A stretch of 64,000 bases of DNA from an uncultured Acidobacteriota bacterium (GCA_963804995.1 CAWDSK010000004.1:150505-214504), one strand, 5' to 3'; counted from the stretch's first letter, positions 9,627 to 20,166 are shown. Notes: generated by a model not told the origin, from the letters alone. Translations and numbers: made by a program.

Positions 9627-11861
9627 CTAGTGGTAATCGGCCAAATCAACATCGGTGGCGTTTTCACCATCGAAGCGGAACACCAGCCGCCAATTGCCCG
9701 ACACCGAAACCACCCATTCGCCCTTGCGCTCGCCCACAAGTGGATGCAATTGATAACCGGCAATGTTCATGTTCATCGGGCTCGAAGCGGTGGCAAGCGT
9801 CACCAGCAGGCGGCGCAACCGCTTCACCTGTTGAGCGCTCACCCCTCGTGTGGTAGGGTCGGGAACTGGCGCGGCGGCTCCGAGAAAGCTCCGAGCCCCG
9901 TTTCCAGCTCCCGCCACATCACACGTAGCGTGCGGATTTCCCGCACTACGCGTTCCTGCACACTTCACGGCAAGGGTTATGGGGCCTATCGGGTCGGGGC
10001 GGCTGCCCAGGAGGATGACTGATGGACCACGCGGTACTCGTGGAAGAGCCCGAGCGTGCCATACAGCCACTCCTTACGCCACCGCTTCCATCCGAAGCCT
10101 GGGCGTTGTCTGGCCCTCGCCAAGTGGCACCGAATCTTCTTCTCTACCCAGTCGCGGATATACGAGAAGCACCGGCTGGAGTGCCCGACCGCAAAGTAGT
10201 TCACCCAGCCGCGCAGAATGGGATTGATCTGCTCGATCAACCCCCTCACAGGCTGAGAGCGATAGCTCCGGAAAACTAGCTTGAGCTTGCGTAGCAATGC
10301 CGTCCGCTTCTTGCCCCGCGGCGTACGCAGCGGCATCCATCGGCCCCGCCGACTGCGGATGCGACGGAACTCAAACCCCAGAAATCCGAAACTCTCTCCT
10401 TGCTGAAGATCCACCCTCCGGCTTTTCTCCTCGTTCACCTCAACCTGCAGCTTGGCCAACTCCTCCCGTAGCCGCTTTTCCACTGCCTTGCGAAGCCAGG
10501 CCTGCCGGGGATGAGCGTTCACCAGAACCACCAGATCATCGGCGAATCTGGCATATTCGACGTTCATCCACCGCCCCTCGCGGGTGACTTCCTTCGCCTT
10601 TTCCAGCATCTTGTCCACCTCATTGAGGTACACGTTACTGAGCAAGGGCGAAATCACCCCGCCTTGCGGAACACCCTGCTTCCCCGACGCCTTCAGCAGC
10701 AGTTTGAGCAGCCCTAGGACCTCGGTGTCGTTCACTCGCCGTGCCACCTTCTCCAGTACGAGGGAATGTCGAACCGTATCGAAGTAGGAACGCAAGTTGA
10801 GATCAACGACAAAGGTCATGTGCCGCACGATTGCCTCCGAGACGCGTTGAATCGCAGCGTGGGCTGACTTCTTCGGCCGGTAGCCAAACGATCCCGGTTG
10901 GAAATCGGCCTCAAAGATCGGTTCCAGGATCAGCTTCAACGCTCCCTGGACCACTCGGTCGCGAATGCAAGGAATCGAAAGTTGGCGAACCTTTCCGCCC
11001 TCCTTCGGAATCCCTACCTTCCGCAGCCGTTGAGGTCGATATCTCCGCTGCACCAGCTCCTCGCGAAGCTGTTCGAGAAATCCCTGCAAGCCTTCAGCCT
11101 CGATTGCCTGGAACGTGACCCCATCTACTCCTGGGGCTCCCTTGTTCTCCTTAGCTAGCTGATACGCTTCCCAGAGAGTTTCTCGTTTGCAGACGTGGAC
11201 ATACAACCCCCAGAATCGCCAAGTCGGTTCAGCCTTCGCCTTGACGTAAAGTCTTCGCCGCAGGTCTTGCAGCTTAAAGGGCGCTTTTATCATTTCACCC
11301 CTGCCTCCCATGTTGGCCAAGACTTGCTGTGCAGCAAGGCCCCTTCGCTCCATGGGCGTTACCCCACTTCGTCGCTACTTCGAGCCTAACCGCCACCGTC
11401 TCGCCGTCAGCCGATTTCCCGTTGTCTCCGGTTATACGGCCTACCCTGCTCCACCGATCTCTCGATGGGACGAGGACGGTTTCTCCAGTTGCTTGACATG
11501 CCCTTGCCACCGTGCTGCCCCTACCACCCCGCCGGAGTGACATGTTGTCTCGGTCAGCCCACGTCATGCCATGCTGCCTTCGCCCCGAAGGAGAGGGCTC
11601 GGCCTCCGGATTTATTTTTTTGTCGAGGCCACCTATGGGTTCACTTGCGTTACGGCCCGGTGACTCGCTCACCATCCCTTGGATGGCTTTGTCGGTCAGC
11701 TTCATCCGCTTCGTTTCCTCCACGGATGCGACCCAAGCTACAAGGCTCCTGACTCTTGCCTTGGTGGGACTAACTCCCACTGAACATACCAGCCTTTGCT
11801 GGACACACTCCCCCGAGGTAAAAAGCCGTTCCAGCCCCTTATGACGAAACCGGATTATCAT
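9627..11861 (-). CDS. higB: HigB (RelE-family) toxin split by a group II intron; exons 11861-11809 and 9852-9627
   Basis: Joined exons give a 92-aa MIIRFRHKGLERLFTSGDTRGVSAQQVKRLRR...WVVSVSGNWRLVFRF..DVDLADYH. Confidence 0.9.
9853..11808 (-). mobile_element. Group II intron 1 (1956 nt)
   Basis: 5' GTGTG at 11808; domain V/VI-like region ending ...CCCGACCCTAC at 9853; internal RT ORF. Confidence 0.92.
9986..11293 (-). CDS. ltrA: Group II intron reverse transcriptase/maturase, no endonuclease domain
   Basis: GAPGVDG, RDRVVQ, PQGGVISPLLSN, RFADD, INPILRGWVNYF. Confidence 0.95.
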   Translation of the reverse strand: MIKAPFKLQDLRRRLYVKAKAEPTWRFWGLYVHVCKRETLWEAYQLAKENKGAPGVDGVTFQAIEAEGLQGFLEQLREELVQRRYRPQRLRKVGIPKEGGKVRQLSIPCIRDRVVQGALKLILEPIFEADFQPGSFGYRPKKSAHAAIQRVSEAIVRHMTFVVDLNLRSYFDTVRHSLVLEKVARRVNDTEVLGLLKLLLKASGKQGVPQGGVISPLLSNVYLNEVDKMLEKAKEVTREGRWMNVEYARFADDLVVLVNAHPRQAWLRKAVEKRLREELAKLQVEVNEEKSRRVDLQQGESFGFLGFEFRRIRSRRGRWMPLRTPRGKKRTALLRKLKLVFRSYRSQPVRGLIEQINPILRGWVNYFAVGHSSRCFSYIRDWVEKKIRCHLARARQRPGFGWKRWRKEWLYGTLGLFHEYRVVHQSSSWAAAPTR

Positions 11862-12071
11862 GTGCGTGTAGTGTAACTACTCAGGTTACAAAAGTCAAAT
11901 GCCTTCTGGTGCTTCCGTCCAGCGGGCCACGGTCACTGCATTTGCGACCGTGGGCATTTCCTCGATGACGGACCCACGGTCAATTCCCCAGACGAATTGA
12001 CCGTGGCTACCACCGCCAAATCAACCAATCTCTTGCGCCGCTTGCTTTACTTTATGCTATAATGTAAAGCG

Positions 12072-12293
12072 ATGGCGGAAACGACACTTTCAACCAAGAA
12101 CCAGATTGTGATCCCACGGGAGGCTCGCGAGGCTTTGCAGTTAAAGCCCGGCGATAAGCTCTTGGTGGTGGTTTGTGGAGAGAGGGTCATTGCCCTGCAA
12201 AAGCCCAAATCCCCTCATGCCGCGATTCGAGGGTTAGCTCGCGGCGCCTATCCCCGCGATTATCTTCAAAAGGAACGCCAGAGTTGGGAATAG
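12072..12293 (+). CDS. AbrB/MazE/SpoVT-type antitoxin
   Basis: LSTKNQIVIPREAREALQLKPGDKL. Confidence 0.9.
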   Translation: MAETTLSTKNQIVIPREAREALQLKPGDKLLVVVCGERVIALQKPKSPHAAIRGLARGAYPRDYLQKERQSWE

Positions 12294-12736
12294 ACCGTCT
12301 CCGCGCCTTTCTTCGGCATCACCACCGGGTCGCCCTGGATACGAACGTCTTCATTTACCAATTAGAAGCGAACTCCCGATACCTTGCCCTCACGGATCAC
12401 ATTTTTTCCTGGCTCGAACGTCCCGCTTCGAAGGCGTTCACGTTAACTATTACCATGATGGAATTGCTGGTTCATCCTTATTGCGAGCTGGACGAATCGC
12501 GGGTGGATGAGTTCTACGGGTTACTCTCCACCTATCCCAACCTGGATTGGATTGCCCCAGACCTGGAAATTGCGGATCTTGCAGCGCGGATTCGTGCCCG
12601 ACACCGCCTGCAATCTCCCGATGCTCTGCAGGCCGCGACCGCCGCACACGCTAAGGCGACCGGGTTGATTACCAATGATCCGGTCTTTGAGCGGGTGGAA
12701 GCCTTTGAAACGCTGGTATTGGATCAGATCCTCTAA
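12284..12736 (+). CDS. vapC: PIN-domain (VapC) toxin
   Basis: VALDTNVFIY...LQSPDALQAATA..LITND; probable TTG start overlapping the antitoxin. Confidence 0.88.
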   Translation: MGIDRLRAFLRHHHRVALDTNVFIYQLEANSRYLALTDHIFSWLERPASKAFTLTITMMELLVHPYCELDESRVDEFYGLLSTYPNLDWIAPDLEIADLAARIRARHRLQSPDALQAATAAHAKATGLITNDPVFERVEAFETLVLDQIL

Positions 12737-12926
12737 GCATTCCTAGCGAGATCGCCACAGTCACTGTATTTGTGACACTGGGCCTTTCGATGCCGAACCC
12801 GCGGTCAATTCCCAAGACGAATTGGCCGTGGCTACCTCCCCGATTTGTCCTGTCGGCCACCAGCCTCCGTTCAGCACCACCCTCGTTTCAGCACCACCCC
12901 GACCGTCGGCTGACGGACACCCCTCC

Positions 12927-13805
12927 TCATCGTTCATACGAGATGCCATAGATCTTGCGCCCGGTTCCCATCATGTCGCGGCGGCGTACGACTTGGGAAC
13001 GCACCTCAATGTTGTGTCCGCCTTGTTCATAGGGACAGGTCACCAACAGGACCTCTCCCTCTTCATAGTTGTTGTCGGAAATGAAACACAAGCCGCTGCG
13101 CGAAACGTTTTCTGACCGCGTAAATTCTTCCGAGCCGTAGTAACTCCTCACCCGGATGGGCAACTGCAAGGCCACGCGATTATGGAAGCGGCGGTTGCCT
13201 TTCGTCTTGTGGGATTCCAGAACTTCGGCGTTGGTATCCGGATCCTCGTAAGACAAGTCGTGGGCAGGGTCCCTGTAGCTCCAGGGTGTGGAACGTCCGC
13301 AGGGCTCGCACTCCTTGACCAGCAAGCCCGAGGTCCCCAGCACTTCCAGTTCAACCATGGAGAGCGCGCTCAATTTCAATGCGTGGCACCGGCGGCACTC
13401 GATTAAGGCCGTACAGGCGCCTAAATCCTGTTGGGGAGGCGGAAAGCCGATTCCCCAAAGGTTCGCTTTCTCGTTGAGGCACTCGAGACCCCATTCCCCG
13501 CCCTCCCCGGTGGCGGGTTGGGTGGGCCCGACGACTCGAAACTTAGCCTTCCGGTGCCCCATGTTGTTGGTCACGAGCACCACGGCGCCTGCCGCCACAG
13601 GTTCCTTGAGGAAAATCCGCGCCCCTTGCCGATTAATGACGATGGTGCGGGTGGCCTCGTTAAATTTCTCACCCCACCGATTTACGCCTTCGACCTGGAT
13701 CGGTACGGTGAGGAGCAAGCGCTCACTGCGGCGGCGCTCGATCTCTCGCATCGAAGCCCGGGGCGACGTTACGGGGGCCTGGCCAGCCTCCGGAGGCTCA
13801 CTCAT
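12927..13805 (-). CDS. Double PilZ-domain protein
   Basis: ERRRSER...INRQGA and NRRFHNR...NVSRSG motifs; CxxC pairs between the two domains. Confidence 0.8.
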   Translation of the reverse strand: MSEPPEAGQAPVTSPRASMREIERRRSERLLLTVPIQVEGVNRWGEKFNEATRTIVINRQGARIFLKEPVAAGAVVLVTNNMGHRKAKFRVVGPTQPATGEGGEWGLECLNEKANLWGIGFPPPQQDLGACTALIECRRCHALKLSALSMVELEVLGTSGLLVKECEPCGRSTPWSYRDPAHDLSYEDPDTNAEVLESHKTKGNRRFHNRVALQLPIRVRSYYGSEEFTRSENVSRSGLCFISDNNYEEGEVLLVTCPYEQGGHNIEVRSQVVRRRDMMGTGRKIYGISYER

Positions 13806-13947
13806 CTCCGTATCCCCAAACCTGTTCTTGCCACTTCCTAGTCACAGGAAGAATCCTCCGTCCCCATTTACGCAATTGTCTACTTTAACACAGTGCACCC
13901 ACCTAAGGTGAGCGCGACTCGGGTGGGGATTGCGTCAATCTGGTGAT

Positions 13948-13998
13948 GTAGCGGCGAGTTTACCTCGCCATATGGCGGCGTCCCGATCAGATCGGGAT
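13948..13998 (+). repeat. GTAG REP-like family A (other copies ~17662-17693, ~31115-31139, 44487-44541)
   Basis: GTAGCGGCGAGTTTACCT(C/T)GCCAT(A/T)TGG. Confidence 0.85.
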
Positions 13999-14098
13999 TT
14001 GGAGTTTCTACATTTAGGTCTGGCAAAGTAAGATTTCTATTGACAGACCTCCCTGATTTCCGTTACCTTCCTCCTGAGTCCTGGCTCCGGAGGTTAAC

Positions 14099-14434
14099 TT
14101 GCCTGACGATCTCAAGGATTCCATTCTTTCGATATTCGAGGCCTCACTGGATGCCCAGTTGCGGGCGGTTCGCCGTCTCCGCGGCGGTTCCCCAGCCCCC
14201 GCCCCGAGGCCGCGCCGCACAGGTCTGTCCCAAGTGGACATGGCGTACGACATACTCAAGAAGGCCCGTACCCCCTTGCACATTTCCGAACTCCTGGCGC
14301 GCCTCCGCGCCGCCTTCCACGTCACCGTCGATCGCGAGAGCCTGGTCTCTTCGCTGACCAAAAAAGTCGCCCGCGGCGATCGCTTCCTGCGTACCGGGAA
14401 GAACACTTTCGGCTTACGTCCGGAGGCCCGATGA
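14099..14434 (+). CDS. IS-associated winged-HTH accessory protein
   Basis: DMAYDILKKARTPLHISELL..RESLVSSLTKKV...NTFGL; ATGA overlap with the transposase. Confidence 0.7.
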   Translation: MPDDLKDSILSIFEASLDAQLRAVRRLRGGSPAPAPRPRRTGLSQVDMAYDILKKARTPLHISELLARLRAAFHVTVDRESLVSSLTKKVARGDRFLRTGKNTFGLRPEAR

Positions 14435-15810
14435 CTCTGTTCGCCGCCTGGTCGGAGATCGTGGCGGACTGGGCCCCCACTTTTCCCCAGCAGCGCACCC
14501 TGCAGCGCGCCGTGCGCCAGGCCCTGGGCGCCTTGGTCTGCGTGGGTCGACGCTGTCTTTCGCGTATCCTCTGGACCCAGGGCCGCCAGCAGCGCAGTTG
14601 GTCGAGCGAATACTTTCTCCACTCGCGTTGTCACTGGGAACCGCAGACGTTGTTTGCCGGCGTCTGGCGCCGCGCCTTGCCCTATTGTCCCGGCCGCCTG
14701 GTGGGCGTGGCCGTCGACGACACCCGCCTGCGCAAGACCGGCCGCGCCATTCCCCAGGCGCGTTATCACCGCGATCCCCTCTCGCCCCCCTTTCATGTCA
14801 ACCTCCTGCGCGGCGTGCGCTTTCTGCAAGCTTCCCTGCTGCTGCCCCTGCATCGGCACGCCCCCGCCAGCTGCCGCGCTCTGCCCGTGCGCTTTGAAGA
14901 GGCGGCGCCGCTGAAAAAGCCCTCCCGCAAGGCGAAAGAGGAAGCCTGGCAGGAATATAAAAGGATGCGCAAGCTCCACAACCTCTCGCAGCGTTTTGTG
15001 CAGAGCGTGGCCCCCTTGCGCCAGGCGCTGGATGCGGCCGGGGGTGGGGCCAAGCTGCTGGTGCTGGCTCTGGATGGCAGCTTCTGCAACCGCACCTGTC
15101 TGCGCGCCCCCCGCGATCGCACCGAGTTGATCGCCCGCGCCCGCAAGGATGCGCGCCTCGGCTTTCGCGCTCCCCAGCCTTCTCGCCGCTTTTACGCCCT
15201 CTCCACCTTTACCCCCGAACAGGTCCGGCAGGACGAGTCCCACCTCTGGCAGCAAACCAAGCTCTTCTACGGAGGCAAGCGCCGCCGCCTCCGTTATAAA
15301 GAGGTGTCGCAAGTCTACTGGCGTCGGGGCGCCGGCCAGATCCCCCTGCGGCTCTTCGTCGTGGCTCCTACCCCCTATCGCAAACGGAAGAGCTCCAGAC
15401 TCTACTACCGTCAACCGGCCTACCTGCTGACCACCGACCTGCGGCACTCTGCCCCTCAGTTGCTGCAAATCTACTTCGACCGCTGGCAGATCGAAGTCAA
15501 CCACCGCGACGAGAAGGAGACGCTGGGTGTCGGACAAGCCCAGTTATGGAACGTTAACGCCGTGCCCAAGCAACCTGCCCTGGTCGTGGCCGCCTACAGC
15601 GCGCTGCTCCTGGCTTCTCTCCAAGCCTTCGGCACCGAGCGTGGCACGGCCTATCAGGCTCTGCCCCGGTGGCGACGCAAGGCCCACCGCCCTTCCTGCC
15701 TCGACCTCGTCACCCTGCTGCGCCAAGAAATGGTCGACCACCCGGAATGTCCCCAATCTCTGGGCTTCCAACTCACCGACCGCGCCCTCACCCACGCCGC
15801 TGATGCATAA
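14431..15810 (+). CDS. DDE transposase (IS701/DDE_5-like)
   Basis: VAVDDTRLRKTG, ALDGSF, YFDRWQIEVNHRDEK. Confidence 0.9.
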   Translation: MTLFAAWSEIVADWAPTFPQQRTLQRAVRQALGALVCVGRRCLSRILWTQGRQQRSWSSEYFLHSRCHWEPQTLFAGVWRRALPYCPGRLVGVAVDDTRLRKTGRAIPQARYHRDPLSPPFHVNLLRGVRFLQASLLLPLHRHAPASCRALPVRFEEAAPLKKPSRKAKEEAWQEYKRMRKLHNLSQRFVQSVAPLRQALDAAGGGAKLLVLALDGSFCNRTCLRAPRDRTELIARARKDARLGFRAPQPSRRFYALSTFTPEQVRQDESHLWQQTKLFYGGKRRRLRYKEVSQVYWRRGAGQIPLRLFVVAPTPYRKRKSSRLYYRQPAYLLTTDLRHSAPQLLQIYFDRWQIEVNHRDEKETLGVGQAQLWNVNAVPKQPALVVAAYSALLLASLQAFGTERGTAYQALPRWRRKAHRPSCLDLVTLLRQEMVDHPECPQSLGFQLTDRALTHAADA

Positions 15811-16046
15811 TAAATGTAGAAACTCCAGGTCCCGATCAGATCGGGATGAATGCCCCCACCTCTGCATCAGATTGGTGCCACCACTTCATTCTGTCAGCGC
15901 CGCCACGATCAGCACCACCCCGGCGCTTGGCGCGCCACCCCTCCTCATCTGAGGCGGTCTCAAAACTGGCAAATTCACGGTTTTTACGACGAATAATCAA
16001 TAACTTACGCTGTGCAAAAGTCAGAAATACCTAGTTTTGAGACAGC

Positions 16047-16124
16047 CTCATCTGAGGAGGGGAGTGTTTTTAAGAACTCCCCTCCTGATTTAGGAGGGGT
16101 GGCGCCGGAGGCGACGGGGTGGTT
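16047..16124 (+). repeat. REP-like family B (also ~15933-15955, ~19666-19755, ~42463-42560)
   Basis: CCTCATCT(G/A)AGGAGGGGAGT...ACTCCCCTCCTGATTTAGGAGGGGTGGCG. Confidence 0.8.
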
Positions 16125-16327
16125 ACTTCATCCGCCGGGCGCCTTGGCCAACGTCTCATGCTATCCGCGCCCCGCGTCTAACCAGATTTGCCCAACGGGG
16201 CCTAACGGGGGGTTGACGGAAATAAATCCAGATAGTATCCTCCGCCACGATCATCATGCTTCCGAAATCAATCCCTTTCCGCCGGCGCAACCCGGAATCT
16301 TATTAACGGGAGGAACCCAAACTCGCC

Positions 16328-17248
16328 ATGAAGCTGCATCATGTCATCGAAGCGCAACAGTTCGACACCCCGACGCTCCTGCATATTTTCGACGCGGCCA
16401 CAGAGATGGAGCAGGTTGTGGCCCGCGGCGGCACGTCCGATTTCCAAAGGCGCATTATGGCCACGCTCTTCTATGAACCTTCTACGCGCACCCGCTTCTC
16501 GTTTGAGACCGCCATGCATCGTCTGGGTGGGCAGGTCATCTCGACGGAAAACGCCGCCGAATTTTCCTCGGTGGCCAAAGGTGAAACCCTGGAAGACACC
16601 ATCCAGATCCTGAATGGCTACGCGGACGTTATCGTCATCCGCCATTACGAAGTCGGGTCCGCCAAGCGCGCCTCCGCGGTTTCACGCGTTCCGGTCATCA
16701 ATGCCGGGGACGGCGCGGGCCAGCATCCCACCCAGGCCCTGCTCGACCTTTACACCATCCGCAAGGAAATCGGCACGATCGACGGGCTGAAAATCGCCAT
16801 GGTGGGAGACCTGGCTCAGGGCCGCACCGTCCGATCTCTCACCTACCTGCTGAGCAAGTTCAAGGACATCAAGATTTACTTTGTCGCGCCCACCCTCCTG
16901 AAAATGAAAGAGGATATCCTCGAGCACCTGTGCGAGCGCAACATCTGGTACGTGGAAGAAACGGACCTCGACAAGGTGTTGCCGGAGGTCGACGTCGTCT
17001 ACCAAACGCGTATCCAGAAAGAGCGCTTTGGCGACCGCATTGCCGATTACGAGCAATGCCGGGGAGTGTACGTCATCAACCAGCACACTCTCAGCCTGAT
17101 GCGGCCCAAGTCCATCGTCATGCACCCCCTGCCCCGCCTGGATGAAATCAGTATGGAAGTTGACGGCGACGCCCGCGCCGCTTACTTCCGGCAGGCCCAG
17201 AATGGCTTGTACGTGCGCATGGCGCTGCTCGCCACGGTGCTTGCCTGA
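16328..17248 (+). CDS. pyrB: Aspartate carbamoyltransferase catalytic subunit
   Basis: FYEPSTRTRFSFE, KGETLEDT, NAGDGAGQHPTQALLD, MHPLPR. Confidence 0.97.
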   Translation: MKLHHVIEAQQFDTPTLLHIFDAATEMEQVVARGGTSDFQRRIMATLFYEPSTRTRFSFETAMHRLGGQVISTENAAEFSSVAKGETLEDTIQILNGYADVIVIRHYEVGSAKRASAVSRVPVINAGDGAGQHPTQALLDLYTIRKEIGTIDGLKIAMVGDLAQGRTVRSLTYLLSKFKDIKIYFVAPTLLKMKEDILEHLCERNIWYVEETDLDKVLPEVDVVYQTRIQKERFGDRIADYEQCRGVYVINQHTLSLMRPKSIVMHPLPRLDEISMEVDGDARAAYFRQAQNGLYVRMALLATVLA

Positions 17249-17309
17249 ACAAGCAAGAATAGGCGCAATCGACCCTGGCGGCTCTGCCCCTTGAATCGGT
17301 GTGCCGAAG

Positions 17310-17423
17310 GCACCTTGGACTGCGGTAGCAGCAGCTACCGCCTTGCTTCCTCCTCGACTTGTACATTTGCCCTCTGGACCGTAGGCGGAAGGCGGTAGCT
17401 GCTGCTACCGCAGTCCAAAGCGC
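17310..17423. repeat. Long inverted repeat (REP doublet)
   Basis: TTGGACTGCGGTAGCAGCAGCTACCGCCTT ... AAGGCGGTAGCTGCTGCTACCGCAGTCCAA. Confidence 0.8.
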
Positions 17424-17756
17424 TGCGCGCATTTTCACCGTCGGTCGTGCCTGCCCTCGCCTGTGGGCATGGCCCACGCCGGGCACCCACGGGGCACCCC
17501 TACGACCATACCCACATCCTGCCGCCTCCATTCTTTTATCCCGCCAGCGCCGAGATATCGAGCCCACCTCCGTACCAGTACTTCCGTACCGTTGAACGAA
17601 TGTAAATTGTGAGGGAAGATACCCGAGGTAATAGTAGAGTTTGATGCATAGGCGGCCTTACGGCGCCATATGGCAAGGTAAACTCGCCGCTACAAGATCA
17701 AACTAAACCACTACCGTAGGTTAAAAATCTGAAGGACGATGCGAGGTCATGAAGAT

Positions 17757-18134
17757 ATGCTAATCGGAACCAGACTCCGCTTTCTCCGCGAGCGGAAGGG
17801 CCTTTCACAAGGCGACGTTGAAAAATCCACAGGCCTGCTACGCTGCTACATTTCCCGCGTGGAAAACGGGCACACGGTCCCCTCACTAGAAACTCTGGAG
17901 CGGTTCGCAGCCGCTTTGGAGGTCCCTCTCTATCAATTGTTTCACGCAGGTGAGGGTGAGGCCGCAACCCCGAATCTGACTGACCGCTTGGGCTTGGAGG
18001 AATTGGCCGAGCAGGGTGGAAAGAAGGGGGAGGAGGCGCGTTTTCTCCTCCAACTTAAGAACCTGTTTACGCGCCTGGGCGACCCCGACCGCGAGGTCTT
18101 GCTGTCGTTGGCGAAAAAGCTCGCAACGCGCTGA
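17757..18134 (+). CDS. XRE-family transcriptional regulator
   Basis: MLIGTRLRFLRERKGLSQGDVEKSTGLLRCYISRVENGHTVPSLETL. Confidence 0.9.
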   Translation: MLIGTRLRFLRERKGLSQGDVEKSTGLLRCYISRVENGHTVPSLETLERFAAALEVPLYQLFHAGEGEAATPNLTDRLGLEELAEQGGKKGEEARFLLQLKNLFTRLGDPDREVLLSLAKKLATR

Positions 18135-18220
18135 CTCGGCTTTATATCAGTCGCGAGCTTGCAGGGAAGTAAGGGGTGTGGGCTCATGCCCCTTACTTCC
18201 ACAGGGCCTGACTCCTGAGT

Positions 18221-18736
18221 CTACTGGGGAACCAGGATCACGTTCTCTTCCAGTTCTTTGCCGGTGGCCTTTTCTGGAACTTTTCCTGTAAGGGCTCGCA
18301 AGTAGTTGACTAAGTTCCACCGCTGTGGTTCGGTCATTCGCCCCGCCTGACCGGGCATGGGATCTTTCCCCGTGCCAATAATCGTATAGAGTTCCCCATC
18401 GGTACGGTTCTTTAGCGCGTCGGCTTTGGTAAAGTCCGGCAGGGTGAGCTTCATGTCCGCTGCCAACTCACCCTTCCCGTCACCCGTGGCGCCATGGCAA
18501 AGGCTGCACTGTGTATTGAATATCTTCTTGCCCCGTTGCACGGAAACCTCCGTGAATTTCACGGGATTCTTTCGAGCCTTGTCCTCATCTGTAATTGCAG
18601 CCGGGTGAGGCGCGGCGGGTGCAGCGGGTGCGGCAGCCGTGGTGCCGCCGCTGGGTGGCGCTGTTTCCTTCTTCTCCTGAGCCCACAAGCATCCTGCTGT
18701 CAAGAGCAGAACCAAAATGAGTGTCTTTGACGACAT
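18221..18736 (-). CDS. Periplasmic monoheme cytochrome c
   Basis: Signal peptide, CSLCH heme motif, distal Met (DPMPG). Confidence 0.9.
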   Translation of the reverse strand: MSSKTLILVLLLTAGCLWAQEKKETAPPSGGTTAAAPAAPAAPHPAAITDEDKARKNPVKFTEVSVQRGKKIFNTQCSLCHGATGDGKGELAADMKLTLPDFTKADALKNRTDGELYTIIGTGKDPMPGQAGRMTEPQRWNLVNYLRALTGKVPEKATGKELEENVILVPQ

Positions 18737-19051
18737 AGCATACCTCGGGCGGATTCTAGCCTTGCACCGCAATCAATTCGACACTAACACCGTTGCGGTG
18801 CTTTTGAACCACCCCACGACAGTATCAGCAATTTCGTTACCCTTTTTGACTTGGGTCATGGTCTGGTTCAGACTAAATGTCATAACCCACCAGAAGACAT
18901 GGACTATCTGTCGTGGGGGTCTGGAGGCGGCTCTCTGTAGTTGTGTCGTTTCCCTCAATTCGCCCCAAGTCGCTCAAAAACAAGGCTGGAGGAAACAACC
19001 TTCCCGACCCTGGTTTTGCTCGTAAGTGAGGACAGGATTACCCCGGGCGCC

Positions 19052-19324
19052 TCAGATATTGGTACCCTGCTTAGCATGCCGCCGGAGGTACCAGCAAGGG
19101 CTATAGCCCATGTGGGGAAACAAAGAATTCACGCAGGTCTGCGGTTGGGGATCCAGAAAGTAGTACTCGGATTTGCCGCTCTTCTGCTTGACGTTGAGGT
19201 AGGGCCTGACCGTCACCACTCCGTAAGGATTGCGGCTACTCGGAATCGGGATGCGCACCGCGGCATAGTCACCTGCGTACAGGAGGGCAGAGAAACCCAC
19301 CACGATAAAGGCGATTCGTTTCAT
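19052..19324 (-). CDS. Small membrane-anchored hypothetical protein
   Basis: Hydrophobic N-terminus; CVNSLFPHMGYSPCWYL. Confidence 0.65.
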   Translation of the reverse strand: MKRIAFIVVGFSALLYAGDYAAVRIPIPSSRNPYGVVTVRPYLNVKQKSGKSEYYFLDPQPQTCVNSLFPHMGYSPCWYLRRHAKQGTNI

Positions 19325-20166
19325 CCATTTTAGTATGATTTGCACCGTTGTCCCCGTCCACGTGCGCGGCGCGCTATCTGCGACTCCCGAACCTGGGAAT
19401 TGATCCTCATCGCGCTTATGGAAATTCCAATCAGCAGAATTGATTGTACCGCAACTGCGCGGTGCCAAGCAGGGGCGGATTCGTCGGCCTTAGCAGTTTT
19501 GTTGTCGGTCAGGATCACTTTTATTCCTTGGCTCAGCTCCAGCATGTGTCTTGTCAGCACCAAACCTTTTTCCCTTGCTCAGCACTGGCATTTGTCTTAT
19601 CAGCACCACCCCGGCGCTCGGCCCCGATCATCAATTTGGAAAGAACGCGCTATCGGGGCTCGGCGCGCCACCCCTCCTCATCTAAGGAGGGGAGTTCCCG
19701 AAAAACTCCCCTCCTGATTTAGGAGGGGTGGCGCCGTAGGCGACGGGGTGGTTACCAGTCCCGCTCCGAGCGCCGGGGTGGTTACCGGTGGCAAGGGAAG
19801 ACACGTTGGCCCAACCTCACACCACCGGCGGGAGTTTCAGCACATCGGCGTACACCAGTCGGCGCGCCGGTTGGGTAGGCGCTACCATGGCCGCGATGCC
19901 CAGCTGGGGTCCATGCGAGTCCGCCAGGAAGGTCTCATATTCCCGAATCACCAGGCGCAGATCCTGAAGCTTGGGCACCTTATAGCGATCCAGCCGAACC
20001 TGCGCGCGCCAGACGGTGGTCGTCGCACCCTTCTCCGCCGTCAGTTCCAAGGTGGCGCTGGGCACGGGGACCCACCCCAGGTCCGCGTCAGCGCCCACAG
20101 GTTTCGCTTCAACGGTTACTTCCATGACTGCGGGACCAGAACCCGCCTGGGACGCTCCATAACTTA

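Larger units (their letters stand above)
13999..15828 (+). mobile_element. IS701/IS4-like insertion sequence, 1830 bp, 18-bp terminal inverted repeats, 19-bp flanking direct repeat
   Basis: IRL TTGGAGTTTCTACATTTA, IRR TAAATGTAGAAACTCCAG; direct repeat GTCCCGATCAGATCGGGAT at 13980-13998 and 15829-15847. Confidence 0.9.

Noticed and set aside
11295..11861. 188-aa ORF beginning with the HigB N-terminus
   Set aside because: Read-through from exon 1 into intron RNA domains, not a real protein
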